Position numbers and translations under genes: made by a program. Shown piece after piece: positions 26,874 through 37,800 of a stretch of DNA of 46,908 bases (the first letter of the stretch is position 1; the number at the start of each line of letters is the position of its first letter). The notes below the pieces were generated by a model. The model did not search any database, had not been told where the DNA came from, and worked only from the letters and a program-made list of their open reading frames with translations. Location: assembly GCA_030645775.1 (NCBI GenBank), contig JAUSLX010000166.1:1-46908 (forward strand), written 5' to 3'. This stretch comes from Gallionella sp. GTDB taxonomy: Bacteria; Pseudomonadota; Gammaproteobacteria; Burkholderiales; Gallionellaceae.

Positions 26874-27815
26874 ATAACGCAGCGCAAATCCGCTCTGCGT
26901 CGAGAAACTGATCGCACTCGCCACGCCCGCACCAAAGCGTTTCGCCAGCCTGTCCGCGAATCCTTCCTTGACGGTAAAGTCCACGATATTTTCGGCCTTG
27001 ATGACATCGCGCGCTACCGATTCCACGCTGCCGTAACCATCGGCCAGACCCATGGCCACACCCTCCTGGCCGTTCCACACCAGACCGCTGAAGGTATCCG
27101 GCGTTTCCCTGAGACGCTTGCCGCGCCCCTGCCTGACCACATCGATGAACTGCTGGTGTATCTGACCCAGCATCTGTTTGGCATATTCCTGCTGCTCGGG
27201 GCGTACCGTCGAGAAGGGGTCCATGAAGCCCTTGTTGGAACCGGCGGTAACCAGGCGGCGTTCCACGCCCAACTTTTCCATCGTTCCGGTAAAGCCAAAA
27301 CCATCCATCAACACACCGATGGAACCGATCAGACTGGCCTTGTCGACAAAAATCTTGTCCGCCGCTGCCGCCACGTAATAGCCGCCGGACGCGCAAATAT
27401 CCTCGACCACCACATACAGTGGAATCGCCGGGTACTTGGCGCGCAAGCGGCGAATTTCATCGTTGATTTGCCCGGCCTGCACCGGACTGCCGCCGGGACT
27501 GTTGATGCGCAGGATCACCCCTTGCGTGCCCTTGTCCTGAAACGCCTCCTGCAGACTGGGAATCAGATTGTCGGCGCTCGCCACGCTATCCGCCGCAATC
27601 ACGCCCTGCATATCCACCAGCGCGGTGTGTTTGCCGGTACTCAAGGCGGTTTCGCTCTTGTCGAACCAACCCATGAAGATGAACAGCATGATGAACAGGT
27701 AGCCGAAAGTCAGCACCTTGAAAAAAATACTCCAGTGCCGCGCGCGACGTTGCTCCTGTATCGCCGACATCGCCAGTTTCTCCAGCACGCCGCGTTCCCA
27801 ATTTTGATCAGACAT
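26871..27815 (-). CDS. sppA: S49 signal peptide peptidase SppA (36K type)
   Basis: LRINSPGGS, CASGGYYVA, GSIGV, FSGLVW. Confidence 0.92.
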   Translation of the reverse strand: MSDQNWERGVLEKLAMSAIQEQRRARHWSIFFKVLTFGYLFIMLFIFMGWFDKSETALSTGKHTALVDMQGVIAADSVASADNLIPSLQEAFQDKGTQGVILRINSPGGSPVQAGQINDEIRRLRAKYPAIPLYVVVEDICASGGYYVAAAADKIFVDKASLIGSIGVLMDGFGFTGTMEKLGVERRLVTAGSNKGFMDPFSTVRPEQQEYAKQMLGQIHQQFIDVVRQGRGKRLRETPDTFSGLVWNGQEGVAMGLADGYGSVESVARDVIKAENIVDFTVKEGFADRLAKRFGAGVASAISFSTQSGFALRY

Positions 27816-27832
27816 TACAACTCCCTATATTC

Positions 27833-27922
27833 GTGAAAGGTGAAACGTGAAGGTGAGGCTGTGAAACGTGAAGGTTACGTTTCACATTTCACCTAGCCGC
27901 AAGCGGCGCATCACGTTTCACA
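27833..27922. repeat. Heptamer inverted array (GTGAAAS ... TTTCAC) with GCCGCAAGCGGC mini-hairpin
   Basis: Spacer between the HAD gene and sppA. Confidence 0.85.
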
Positions 27923-27925
27923 TTA

Positions 27926-28582
27926 CTATGCATTAACTCTAAACCATGCGCGCAATTGCACGAAATCATCCAGCAGCGCGAGCGGTTGCAATGCCAGCAA
28001 CTGCGCTGCCGGATGTGCGCCGTACCCGACCGCCAGCACATCCACCCCGGCGTTCTGCGCCAGCAACACATCGTGCGTGGTGTCGCCCACCATCAGCGTG
28101 CGCTCTGCGCTGACCGCCAATTCCTCCATCAGTTCAAACAGCATCGCCGGATTCGGCTTGGAAAAAGTCTGATCCGCCGTGCGTGTGGCGTGAAAATAGC
28201 GCTTCATGCCGCTGGATTTCAGCGCCCTGTCCAGCCCCGCACGGCTCTTGCCGGTGGCCACACCCAGCGCATAACCCGCCTCATGCAGCTCCGCGATGGT
28301 CTCACGCGCGCCCTCGAACAAAGGTATCGCCTGATCCTGTGCCAGAAAATAATGGCGGTAACGTTCCACCAGCGGAGCATACATCGTCTCCGGCGCATCC
28401 GGCACAGCATAGCGCAGCGCCTGTTCCAGCCCCAGGCCAATCACATGACGCGCAGTTTCATCGTCGGGTATCGTCAAACCCAAATCACGGCAAGCGGATT
28501 GAATTGATCCCGCGATAATCGCCGTAGAATCCATCACCGTGCCATCCCAATCGAACACAATCAAATCGTAGCGCTTGCTCAT
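27926..28582 (-). CDS. HAD-IA hydrolase (phosphoglycolate-phosphatase-like)
   Basis: FDWDGT, VATGK, SKPNP, MVGDT..D; start at MSKRY. Confidence 0.9.
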   Translation of the reverse strand: MSKRYDLIVFDWDGTVMDSTAIIAGSIQSACRDLGLTIPDDETARHVIGLGLEQALRYAVPDAPETMYAPLVERYRHYFLAQDQAIPLFEGARETIAELHEAGYALGVATGKSRAGLDRALKSSGMKRYFHATRTADQTFSKPNPAMLFELMEELAVSAERTLMVGDTTHDVLLAQNAGVDVLAVGYGAHPAAQLLALQPLALLDDFVQLRAWFRVNA

Positions 28583-28662
28583 TACCCTTGAAACCACAAA
28601 AAAATAGTCGCCGATATTACCACCTTCGCGCTTCCCCCCCAACCTGTGCCACAATGCGCGCC

Positions 28663-30131
28663 ATGAGAACGATAAAAAAGACAAATCCAGGAAACGTTTC
28701 CGCGAAAGACGATGCAGCAAAGCCGCGTCGTGCCGGAGTCAAAACAACACAAAAGACAGACAGAGGCTCGGTAAAAACCGTTGCCGAAAAACCGCGGCGC
28801 GCCACGGACAAAACGACTGCGAAATCAGACTCGCGTGGCAGTTCAGCGAAGACGCCCGCCCCCGGACGAGGGGATGCGCTCAAACCGCGCCGTGCTGTAT
28901 CCAGGACTCCTGCCAAACAAAATTCACGTAGCGCGGCTGTGGAGACAAATGCGGTTAAACCGCGGCGCATCGGCACCAAGCTGACCCGGCTCCTGAGTTT
29001 AAATGTAGCGCCGGCCAAGCCCCCCGCCGGCACGCAAGTGAATATGGCAAAACCGCGTCATGCCGGAACTGAAACGCCCTCACTCACGCAATGGCTGCTG
29101 TATTGCCGCTCCGGCTTCGAGCAGGATTGCGCGCAGGAAACACTGCGTCAGGCACGCCTGCACAAGCCTGTCATCGCCGAACAGACCGACATCATTAACA
29201 ACAGCGGTTATGCCGTCGTCACACTCAACGACCAGCCTCTGACGTTCCGCGAACTGATTTTCGCGCGCCAGCTGATCCGTCTGCACCAGACCATAGATGC
29301 ATTGCCGGATCGTGACCGCCTGACACCGATACTCAACGCGATCACCGCGCTGCCCGGAAACTTTGGCGCGTTGTGGCTGGAAGTGCGGACACCAACGACG
29401 GCAAGACACTGTCCGCCTTCGTCCGGCGCTTCCAGCCCTTGCTGGAGGCGGCGCTGCGCGAACAGGGGCGCTTGCTGGATGACGTCAAGTCAGCGCGTTT
29501 GCACATTTTCTTCCCCGACAAAGCCTCCGTACTGATCGGCAGCAGCGATCCCTACAACAGCTCGGCAGCCCTGATGGGGATAGCGCGTCAGTCCATACCC
29601 GCCGAAGCACCGAGCCGCTCTACGCTGAAACTGGCCGAAGCCATCGAGACGTTCATGGATAAAAGCGAACAGACACGTTTGCTGCGCACCGGCATGACCG
29701 CAGTTGATCTGGGCGCCGCTCCCGGCGGCTGGACATGGCAGATGGTCAGTCGCGGCATCCGCGTCACGGCAGTGGACAACGGCCCGATGAAGGGTGTGCT
29801 GGCCAAACACCCGCTGGTCGAACATCTCAGGCAGGATGGCTTCAAATTCTCGCCGCGCAAAGCGGTGGACTGGCTGATCTGCGACATGGTCGAAAAACCC
29901 GCCAAAGTCGCCGAATTGATAGGCGCATGGTTCGTGGCAGGCTGGTGCAAGCACGCGATCTTCAACCTGAAGCTGCCGATGAAACAGCGCGTTATCGCGC
30001 TGGATGCCGCGCTGGGCGGCATCCGCACCCGTCTGGACGAGGAAGGCATCAGTTACAAATTACTGGCGAAACAGCTTTACCACGACCGCGAAGAAATCAC
30101 CGTATTTCTGACCAAAACCAAGAACCGCTAA
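28663..30131 (+). pseudogene. rlmM: 23S rRNA Cm2498 methyltransferase RlmM split by a 1-bp frameshift at ~29386, with long basic N-terminal extension
   Basis: LLYCRSGFEQDCAQE and LIFARQ in one frame; DTNDGK, APSRSTLKL, DLGAAPGGWT, CDMVEKP, FNLKLPMK, KQLYHDREE in the next. The break may be real or an assembly error. Confidence 0.82.
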
Positions 30132-30213
30132 ACTCGCATAGCTACCCAAAACCAGCTGGAAAGCGCCAACTGGCTGTACTTGCGCTACGCAGACTACGGC
30201 GGCGGGTAAGCGG

Positions 30214-30993
30214 TCAGATGTTCCGGTTCTTCTTGATCATATCGTAGGCAAGCTGAATCTCCTTGGCCTGCTCGGTCGCCATGGCGATCATGTCTTCCGG
30301 CATGCCCTGCCCGATCAGCTTGTCAGGGTGATATTGGCTGATCAGCTTGCGATAGGCGCGCTTAATCTCGACATCCGTGCTGTCTTTACTGACACCCAGC
30401 GCCTTATAAGCGTCGTCCAGTGCCTCCGCGACACTGGCCTGCCCGCCGGCGAAATGGGATTGATTCAGCACCATATCCATCAACTGGCGGAACGCGGCCT
30501 GATCGTAGCCGAGACGAGCGGCGATGTCGGTGAGCAAGGCTTCTTCCGCCGGATGAAAATGCCCGTCTGCCAACGCCATCACGAGCAGATAAACCAGCAA
30601 CATTTGCTTCAGATTTTTAGTGTGCCCGCAAACAGCCTGAAAGCGCTGGTATGTCGGTGCGATGTCAAAATCCGGCGCTGCGCCCTGTTTGAAGGAAGCA
30701 ATCGCCTGTGATCGATGCTGCTCAGTCATGCCCAGTTTTTGCATGAACTGCTCGACATGGGCGATCTCGTCCTGAGAAACATGCCCGTCTGCTTTGGCCA
30801 GTTTGCCCATCGAAATGAACACCGTCTCAAGAAAAACGGCCTGACGCAAGGCGTTTTGCAAGGGGTTGATCGCACCTGAACCATACGCCCTGATGCGATC
30901 GAAAAATGCCCCGGCGAACAGCCCGAGCAGCGCCCCGAAGAACCCTAAAAAATAATAACCCGCAATAAAACCTATGAGTTTGAACAAGACCAC
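30214..30993 (-). CDS. djlA: Co-chaperone DjlA
   Basis: N-terminal TM, TerB-like AKADG motif, C-terminal J domain with YHPDK. Confidence 0.92.
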   Translation of the reverse strand: MVLFKLIGFIAGYYFLGFFGALLGLFAGAFFDRIRAYGSGAINPLQNALRQAVFLETVFISMGKLAKADGHVSQDEIAHVEQFMQKLGMTEQHRSQAIASFKQGAAPDFDIAPTYQRFQAVCGHTKNLKQMLLVYLLVMALADGHFHPAEEALLTDIAARLGYDQAAFRQLMDMVLNQSHFAGGQASVAEALDDAYKALGVSKDSTDVEIKRAYRKLISQYHPDKLIGQGMPEDMIAMATEQAKEIQLAYDMIKKNRNI

Positions 30994-31224
30994 TCCAGAA
31001 TGAAAATTAAGCGAAAACCAGCACCCCCAGGGAAAACATTATAACTCTGCAACCCCGCATATTATCGAGTACTTCAAAGGAAGAAATCCACATACATAGG
31101 CCTGAATACATAGACATTCCGGCCTATTGTGCAAAACAAATCCATTACCCAGAATGCCGCTGAACCAGACTTCCGCCCCCCGCCCGCTGGTTAACTCAAT
31201 GTTTATGGTTGTTAAATCACCTTA

Positions 31225-34101
31225 ATGGAGGAAAACAAAATGGCAAATGTGGACATCAAAACGATACTGTTAATGCGGGGCAACGTCGGCGTTGATGTCG
31301 CCGGGCTAAAGGTAGCCTTGCGCAAAGCGCTGGGTGCAGGTGCAGCGGCTTATGCCGGCTTGTCCGCCGGCGATGATTTCAACGCCGACACTCAGACAGC
31401 GGTGCGTGCCTGGCAGTCCAGCGTTGGCCTGGTGGCGGACGGCATCGCCGGGCCGCGCACCTTGTCCGCCCTAGGCATTACACCAGCCAATGTACTGGCT
31501 GTCAGCGTGGATACCACGCGGGTGAACGCGTTATTTCCCTACACCAAGACGTCCAACATTGCCAGAAATCTGCCTTATGTGACTGCGGCACTGGCCGCCT
31601 TCGGACTGACCGATGCAAACATGATCAGCACTGCACTGGGCACAATACGCGCCGAGACCGAGGGTTTCGTACCCATCGCCGAACTGCCTTCCCATTTTAA
31701 TACGCTGCCCGGTCAGGCCGCTTTCAGCGCCTATGAATACAAGCTGGGCAACAAAAATTCAGGGGATGGCGCACGCTACCGCGGGCGTGGCTTTATACAA
31801 TTAACCGGGCGAGATAACTACGAGAAATTCGGCAAGCTGCTCGATATTTCACTGGCGGACAACCCGGATTGCGCTTGCGCGCCGGAAGTGGCCGCCTGCC
31901 TGCTGGCCGCCTATCTGGATGCGCACCGGGACAGACTGAGCAAAGCGCTGGCCAAAGGCGACCTGAAGGCCGCACGCAAAGTAGTTAATGGCGGCAGCCA
32001 CGGGCTTGAGCGTTTTTCCGAAACCTTCCGCATGGCGCAGAAAAGCTGGGCCGCGCAACCGCTCGTCGCTGCGCGCGTCAGGGCAGCCGCTCCAGTCACG
32101 GCGCGGCGCGCCAACCTCAATGTAAGGCGTGACCCGGCAGATCTGCGCGACCGGCAATACATGCCACCGCCGCATTCTCTGCCACAGGTATTTCCATCGG
32201 ATGACGACATTCGGCACTTCATGGACAGTTATACCCGGGCCGGGCTCATTCTGGATCAGGGCCAGGAAGGCGCATGTACCGGTTTCGGACTGGCCTGCGT
32301 CATTAACTATCTGCGCTGGCGCTCTGCCGGGATGCCCAAACAACTCGAATCGGTCAGCCCGCGCATGCTATACAAATTCGCCCGGCGTTTCGATGAATAC
32401 GAGGGCGAGAACTATGATGGCTCAAGCTGCCGGGGTGCGCTCAAGGGCTGGTATCACAACGGGGTCTGCCTGGAATCTATATGGCCTTACGCCGGAGGAG
32501 ACGACACGCTGCCGACATCCGGCTGGGACAGCGATGCGACCGAACGGACACTGGGGGTGTATTACCGCATAGACCCTCAGGCCATCACCGATGTGCAGAC
32601 AGCCATCCTGGAAGTCGGCGCGATATATGCTTCATCCTATACCCATCGGGGCTGGGACAGAGTCGAGGCCGGCGACAAAACGCCTGCTTCCCACACCGCC
32701 CTTCCGGTGATCGCCTATGATGGCTATCCCTCACGCAGCGGCGGGCACGCCTTCGCGCTGGTGGGTTACAACCGCATCGGCTTCGTGATACAGAACTCCT
32801 GGGGCGATCAGTGGGGAATCGGCGGATTTGCCGTGATCAGCTATGCCGACTGGATAATGCATGCCATGGATGTCTGGGTTGCCGCAATGGGTGTTCCGGG
32901 AGTCGTCTCCGGTCGCCTTGCCGGCGGAGAAGTGGCGGGCGCTGCCGCCGCTGCCACCCGTGACAACTGGTGGGACGAAGCAACAGCCTATCAGCACAGT
33001 ATCGTGCTGGGCAACAATGGCTGCGTCAGTCGCTACGACAAACTGGATGGTGTTACGCGCACCCTGCAAAATCAGGCATGCGTTCTGCCGGACGACTGGT
33101 TCCGACGGAACGGGCAAGAGAAAAAACGTCTGGTGATCTATGCGCACGGCGGCCTGAACAGTGAAAAAGCCGCCATACAACGGGCTCAGGCGATGGGTCG
33201 GTATTTCCTCGGCAACGGCTGTTATCCCCTGTTCCTGATATGGAAGAGCGGGCTGCTGGAATCGCTGGGCAATATTCTGGCGGATAAATCCGCTTCCGGT
33301 GCGGCAGGTAAAGCGGGGGGAGCCCGCGACTGGCTGAACGACAAGATTACCGATCCCGTCGTCGAAAAAACCATAGGACGTCCACTCGCCCGCCCGCTGT
33401 GGAGCGAAATGAAGGAAAACGCTGAACTCGCGGCGGAAAGCGGACGAGGTGGCGACCTGTTGACCGAAGCGCTGCGTTCGCTATCGGGCAGCTGGGGAGA
33501 CGCCTTCGAGATACACCTCATGGGCCATTCCGCCGGTTCCATCGCTCTGGGCAGATTGCTCGGCAATCTGGCGCAGAAGAATCTGATCGACAACGTCAAA
33601 TCCGTCCATCTGTACGCCCCGGCCTGCACCGTCGCCTTTGCCAACCGGCACTATGCGCCACAAGCCGAAATCATGAAGAAACTGCATCTGGACATTCTGG
33701 CAGATCAGCGCGAGCAGGATGACAACGTGGCGTACATCTACCAGAAATCCCTGCTCTACTTCGTTTCCAACGCGCTGGAGGCAGATTTACGCATGCCTGT
33801 CCTCGGCCTGGAAAACGTTTACAACCCGCATTATTCAGGCTGGAATGGTTCGTCCAGCACCGCTGAAGCCCTTACCAACTGGTGCAACGCAGTGGAAATC
33901 AGCAAACTGAAGAACCGCCTTACCGTCCACCACGAAGATAAAATCCTCACCCGGCGCGGCAACGGCAGCGATAAACCCGACAAGATCGCAAACGCATCGC
34001 ATGGCGGCTTCGACAACAATATCGACATCCTCAGCAAAACGCTGGAACGGATCACCGGCGCGCCGCTCGCACTGCCGGTCGACGATCTGGTCGGGTTCTG
34101 A
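31225..34101 (+). CDS. Multidomain protein: PG-binding + GH19 lysozyme/chitinase + papain-like C1 peptidase + alpha/beta-hydrolase
   Basis: TAVRAWQ..GLVADGIAGPRT; RAETEGF and YRGRGFIQLTGRDNY; DQGQEGACTGF, GGHAF, QNSWG; YAHGGLN, GHSAGS, HGGFDN. Start may be 31240. Confidence 0.82.
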   Translation: MEENKMANVDIKTILLMRGNVGVDVAGLKVALRKALGAGAAAYAGLSAGDDFNADTQTAVRAWQSSVGLVADGIAGPRTLSALGITPANVLAVSVDTTRVNALFPYTKTSNIARNLPYVTAALAAFGLTDANMISTALGTIRAETEGFVPIAELPSHFNTLPGQAAFSAYEYKLGNKNSGDGARYRGRGFIQLTGRDNYEKFGKLLDISLADNPDCACAPEVAACLLAAYLDAHRDRLSKALAKGDLKAARKVVNGGSHGLERFSETFRMAQKSWAAQPLVAARVRAAAPVTARRANLNVRRDPADLRDRQYMPPPHSLPQVFPSDDDIRHFMDSYTRAGLILDQGQEGACTGFGLACVINYLRWRSAGMPKQLESVSPRMLYKFARRFDEYEGENYDGSSCRGALKGWYHNGVCLESIWPYAGGDDTLPTSGWDSDATERTLGVYYRIDPQAITDVQTAILEVGAIYASSYTHRGWDRVEAGDKTPASHTALPVIAYDGYPSRSGGHAFALVGYNRIGFVIQNSWGDQWGIGGFAVISYADWIMHAMDVWVAAMGVPGVVSGRLAGGEVAGAAAAATRDNWWDEATAYQHSIVLGNNGCVSRYDKLDGVTRTLQNQACVLPDDWFRRNGQEKKRLVIYAHGGLNSEKAAIQRAQAMGRYFLGNGCYPLFLIWKSGLLESLGNILADKSASGAAGKAGGARDWLNDKITDPVVEKTIGRPLARPLWSEMKENAELAAESGRGGDLLTEALRSLSGSWGDAFEIHLMGHSAGSIALGRLLGNLAQKNLIDNVKSVHLYAPACTVAFANRHYAPQAEIMKKLHLDILADQREQDDNVAYIYQKSLLYFVSNALEADLRMPVLGLENVYNPHYSGWNGSSSTAEALTNWCNAVEISKLKNRLTVHHEDKILTRRGNGSDKPDKIANASHGGFDNNIDILSKTLERITGAPLALPVDDLVGF

Positions 34102-34171
34102 ATGCTCAGGCTTGCAAACGGGTCGGCATCATTTTGTTCCGGCAAAGTGATGCGGCTGACCAGGTTTGTAT

Positions 34172-34831
34172 TTACGCCTTGAGTGTCAGCAAAAAGATAC
34201 TTTCATGCAAACGGCTCAGGCCACGCGCCGCAAAGCGCGGGTTAGCCGCCAGCACATCGTACTGCGCCAGCAGACGAATTTCTGCGTATTCACCGTAGAG
34301 CGCCTCGACTTCTCCGCCTGACAATGCAAACGGCGGGCCGGCCATTTCTGCCTGTGGATAATCAAAGGTAACGAGCAATATCTGTGTTGCAGGCGGCAAA
34401 ACACTGAGCAGGTGGCGCACATAGCGCGCACGCATTTCCGGTGGCAAGGCGACCATGGATGCGCGGTCATATACCGAGTGTACTTTTTTCAAGTCCTCCT
34501 GGCTCAGGTCAAAAAAATCACCACACAGTATGCGCATGCGATCCGCTACACAGTAATCAAATTTTTCACAGGCGCCGTGATCCGGGTCATATCCGCTCTC
34601 CTTGAAGAACGCCTGCACCGCGACAGGACTGAGCTCCACGCCCAGCACAGCGCACCCTTGGGATCTGAGCCACAGCATATCGAGGCTTTTACCGCACAGC
34701 GGCACAAATATCTCGCCGCCCTGAACCTGAGGCAGTTCCTGCCAGAATTGGCGCAAATAGGGATTAATCTCTTGCTGGTGAAACCCGGTTTCTTCCCGTT
34801 CCCAGCGTTCCAGCCAAAAATCTTTTTCCAT
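34172..34831 (-). CDS. tpm: Thiopurine S-methyltransferase
   Basis: FWLERW, VPLCGKSLDM, GVELS, GDFF, YDRA, GPPF. Confidence 0.92.
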   Translation of the reverse strand: MEKDFWLERWEREETGFHQQEINPYLRQFWQELPQVQGGEIFVPLCGKSLDMLWLRSQGCAVLGVELSPVAVQAFFKESGYDPDHGACEKFDYCVADRMRILCGDFFDLSQEDLKKVHSVYDRASMVALPPEMRARYVRHLLSVLPPATQILLVTFDYPQAEMAGPPFALSGGEVEALYGEYAEIRLLAQYDVLAANPRFAARGLSRLHESIFLLTLKA

Positions 34832-34871
34832 CGTTATATCCCGCTCGGTATTGTTCAAAGGTCAGAAACGA

Positions 34872-37800
34872 CTACCCCACCCACTTCCTCGCGTTCTGGA
34901 ACATCTTCAGCCAGGCGCCGTTTTCCTGCCACTCACGCGGATGCCATGAGTTCTGCACGGCGCGGAATACGCGTTCGGGGTGCGGCATCATGATGGAGAA
35001 GCGCCCGTCCGGCGTGGTCAGGCCAGTGATGCCTTGCGGCGAGCCGTTCGGGTTGAGCGGGTAGGTTTCCGTGGGCGCACCGCGATTATCGACGTAACGC
35101 AACGTGACCAGTTCCTGCGCGGCTTTCAGACGCCTGGCCGTGCCAAAATCGGCATAGCCTTCGCCGTGTGCGACCACAATCGGCATGCGGCTGCCCGCCA
35201 TGCCGTTAAAAAATATTGAGGGTGAAGGCTGCACTTCCACCATCACGAAACGCGCTTCAAATTGCTCGGACTGGTTACGCGAGAAGTGCGCCCAGTTTTC
35301 GGCTCCGGGGATAATTTCGTGCAGATTGCTCATCATCTGACAGCCGTTGCACACGCCCAGCGCCAGTGTGTCGTCGCGTTTGAAGAACGCCTCGAATTCG
35401 TCGCGTGCGCGGCTGTTGAGCAGAATGGATTTTGCCCAGCCTTCGCCTGCACCCAGCACGTCGCCGTAGGAGAAACCGCCGCACGCCGCCACGCCCTTGA
35501 AGTCGCTCAAACTGACGCGGCCGCTGATGACATCGCTCATGTGCACGTCCACCGCCGTGAATCCGGCGCGGTCGAACGCCGCCGCCATTTCCACCTGGCC
35601 GTTCACGCCCTGCTCGCGCAGGATCGCCATCTTCGGACGGCTGCGCAATATTGCCGGCGCTTCGTTCAGATCGTAGCTCAGCTTCGCATGCAGGCCGGGG
35701 TCGGCCACATCCAGCAGACGGTCGAATTCGGATTGCGCGCAGTCCGGATTGTCACGCAGCTTCTGCATCTGGCAGGTAGTTTCAGACCAGATACGATGCA
35801 GGTTCATGCCGCTCTCGCTGAACAACGTGTCGCCGCCGCGCGAAATGACGATCAAGCCGCTCTGATTCGGTGTGGCGATCTTCTGCACACTCTTCAGCCC
35901 GACGTCATTCGCCCGTTGCAGCACATACGCCACATCGCGGTTCTTCACCTGAACAACCGCACCCAGCTCTTCGTTAAACAGTGCGCGCAAGGTATCGCCG
36001 TGCATCTCATCAAGCTTGATATCCAGACCGATGTGCGATGCGAAGGACATCTCGACGAGCGACACCAGCGCGCCGCCATCAGAACGGTCGTGATAGGCGA
36101 GCAGTATGTTGTCCGAATTAAGCGACTGGATCAGTTCAAAAAAGGATTTAAGCAGCGCAGCAGAATCCACATCCGGTGCGACATCGCCCACCTGTTTGTA
36201 CACTTGAGCCAGCGCCGAGCCACCCATGCGGTTCTTGCCCTGCCCCAGATCGATCAGCAACAGCGTCGTGTCGAGGTCGGCGGACAGTTGCGGCGTGAGC
36301 GTCTTGCGCGCATCCATGCCGGGCGCAAACGCAGTCACAATCAGCGACAACGGTGCAGTGACGGATTTATTCTCTTCGCCTTCCTGCCAGGCGGTTTTCA
36401 TCGACATGGAATCCTTGCCGACCGGAATGCCAATACCTAAGTCAGGACACAGCTCCATGCCCACCGCGCGAACGGTATCGAACAGTGCGGCATCTTCGCC
36501 GTGATGACCGGCTGCGGCCATCCAGTTCGCCGATAGTTTGATGTCACCTATCTTGGCGATGCGTGCCGCCGCGATGTTGGTGATCGCCTCGCCCACGGCC
36601 ATACGCCCGGACGCGGCAGCATTGACCAGTGCCAGCGGCGTGCGTTCGCCCAGTGCATAGGCTTCGGCGAGATGGGTATTGAAACCCATCAGTGTAACGG
36701 CCACATCCGCCACCGGCACTTGCCAGGGGCCGACCATCTGATCGCGTGCGGTCATGCCGCCCACGGTACGATCGCCGATGCTGATCAGAAAAGTCTTGTC
36801 GGCCACGGCGGGCAGACGCAATACGCGGGTGATAGACTCACGCAGGTCGAGCGCCCCGGAATCGAAGGCCGCCAGTTTAGGTATTTCGCGCACCACCGTG
36901 CGCGTCATTTTAGGCGGTTTACCAAGCAACACCGACAGCGGCATGTTGACCGGATCGTTATCGAACTCGGTGTCATGCACGATAATCTGATCTGCCTCAA
37001 TGGCGACGCCGACCACCGCAAACGGGCAGCGTTCGCGCTCGCAGAAGGCGCGGAATTCATCCAGACGCTCGGGCGCGATGGCCAGCACATAACGTTCCTG
37101 CGATTCGTTGCACCATATCTGTCTGGGTGACATACCCGTCTCGTCCAGCGGAATCTTGCGCAACTCAAAGTTCGCGCCACGTCCGCCGCCATGCACCAGT
37201 TCCGGCAGCGCATTGGACATACCGCCCGCACCGACATCGTGTATCGACAGAATGGGATTATCTGCGCCCAACTGCCAGCAACGGTCGATCACTTCCTGCG
37301 CGCGGCGCTGCATCTCGGGGTTGCCACGCTGCACCGAATCGAAGTCCAGATTTTCGGCATTGCTGCCGGTATCCATGCTCGATGCCGCACCGCCGCCCAG
37401 ACCGATCAGCATGCCCGGCCCGCCCAGATGCACCACTAACGCACCCACCGGCAGATCGTGCTTGTGGGTGTGGATCGCCGCGATGCTGCCCACCCCGCCC
37501 GCCAGCATGATGGGCTTGTGGTAGCCGCGCATCTCGCCGCCGACGTTTTCTTCAAAGGTGCGGAAATAGCCGGTCAGATTCGGACGGCCGAATTCATTGT
37601 TGAATGCCGCACCGCCCAGCGGGCCATCCAGCATGATCTGCAGCGCGGTAACGATGCGGGACGGTTTGCCGTAAATGGCACCCTCTCCCCCAACCCCTCT
37701 CCCGCCTACGGGCGAGGGGAGCTTTTCCCAGGGCTGTTCAAAACCCGGAATATTCAGATTGGATACCGAGAAACCGGTCAGACCGGCCTTGGGACGCGAG

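Noticed and set aside
29373-29535. Programmed ribosomal frameshift in rlmM
   Set aside because: No slippery heptamer or homopolymer at the junction; a simple 1-bp loss explains it.
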